A stretch of 64,000 nt of DNA from Camelus ferus (lineage: Eukaryota), in assembly GCF_009834535.1 (NCBI RefSeq), contig NC_045696.1, forward strand, positions 59,212,001 through 59,276,000, in the 5' to 3' direction. Below, in pieces: positions 63,886 through 64,000 of this stretch. The notes below the pieces were generated by a model, which saw nothing but the letters and a program-made list of their open reading frames with translations, was not told the origin of the DNA and searched no databases. Position numbers and translations under genes: made by a program. Position 1 is the first letter of the stretch. Each line of letters opens with the position of its first letter.

Positions 63886-64000
63886 TTAAATATGTGATAT
63901 ATCAGTATATGCCTATCTATTGAACAAAGCCAATTCCACCTTTACGTGGGGATGATATAAGACAGAAGATCCGTTGGATGTTTGGAGGAGTAAAGGCATT

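Overview
Mammalian euchromatic DNA, almost certainly camelid, judged from two tRNA-derived SINEs of the camelid type and a camelid-like L1 3' end. It is mostly old interspersed repeats (L1, L2, MIR, MLT/ERV LTRs, hAT and Tigger DNA elements). There are two CpG islands. The island at about 49.3-51.0 kb holds an alternative first coding exon of KALRN (MNPPEGAAEEGGAADSDVDAFFRT/G, the 'Ex1B' N-terminus), and the rest of the window is KALRN intron 1. The island at about 10.75-11.25 kb carries tandem RFX X-boxes and, by recalled mammalian synteny, is probably the minus-strand ROPN1 promoter. Two things in the interval between the islands stand out. (1) A chain of plus-strand exon-like blocks with compatible splice phases, giving a possible 230-240 aa spliced ORF or a decaying unitary pseudogene; one acceptor is split by a solo LTR. 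(2) An about 0.95 kb TSD-flanked, poly(A)-tailed insertion made of an L1 3' tip plus an 18-bp telomere-variant satellite, i.e. an apparent L1 3' transduction of telomere-like DNA into an interstitial site. Repeat family names come from recalled consensus similarity, not from a search, and repeat boundaries are approximate.
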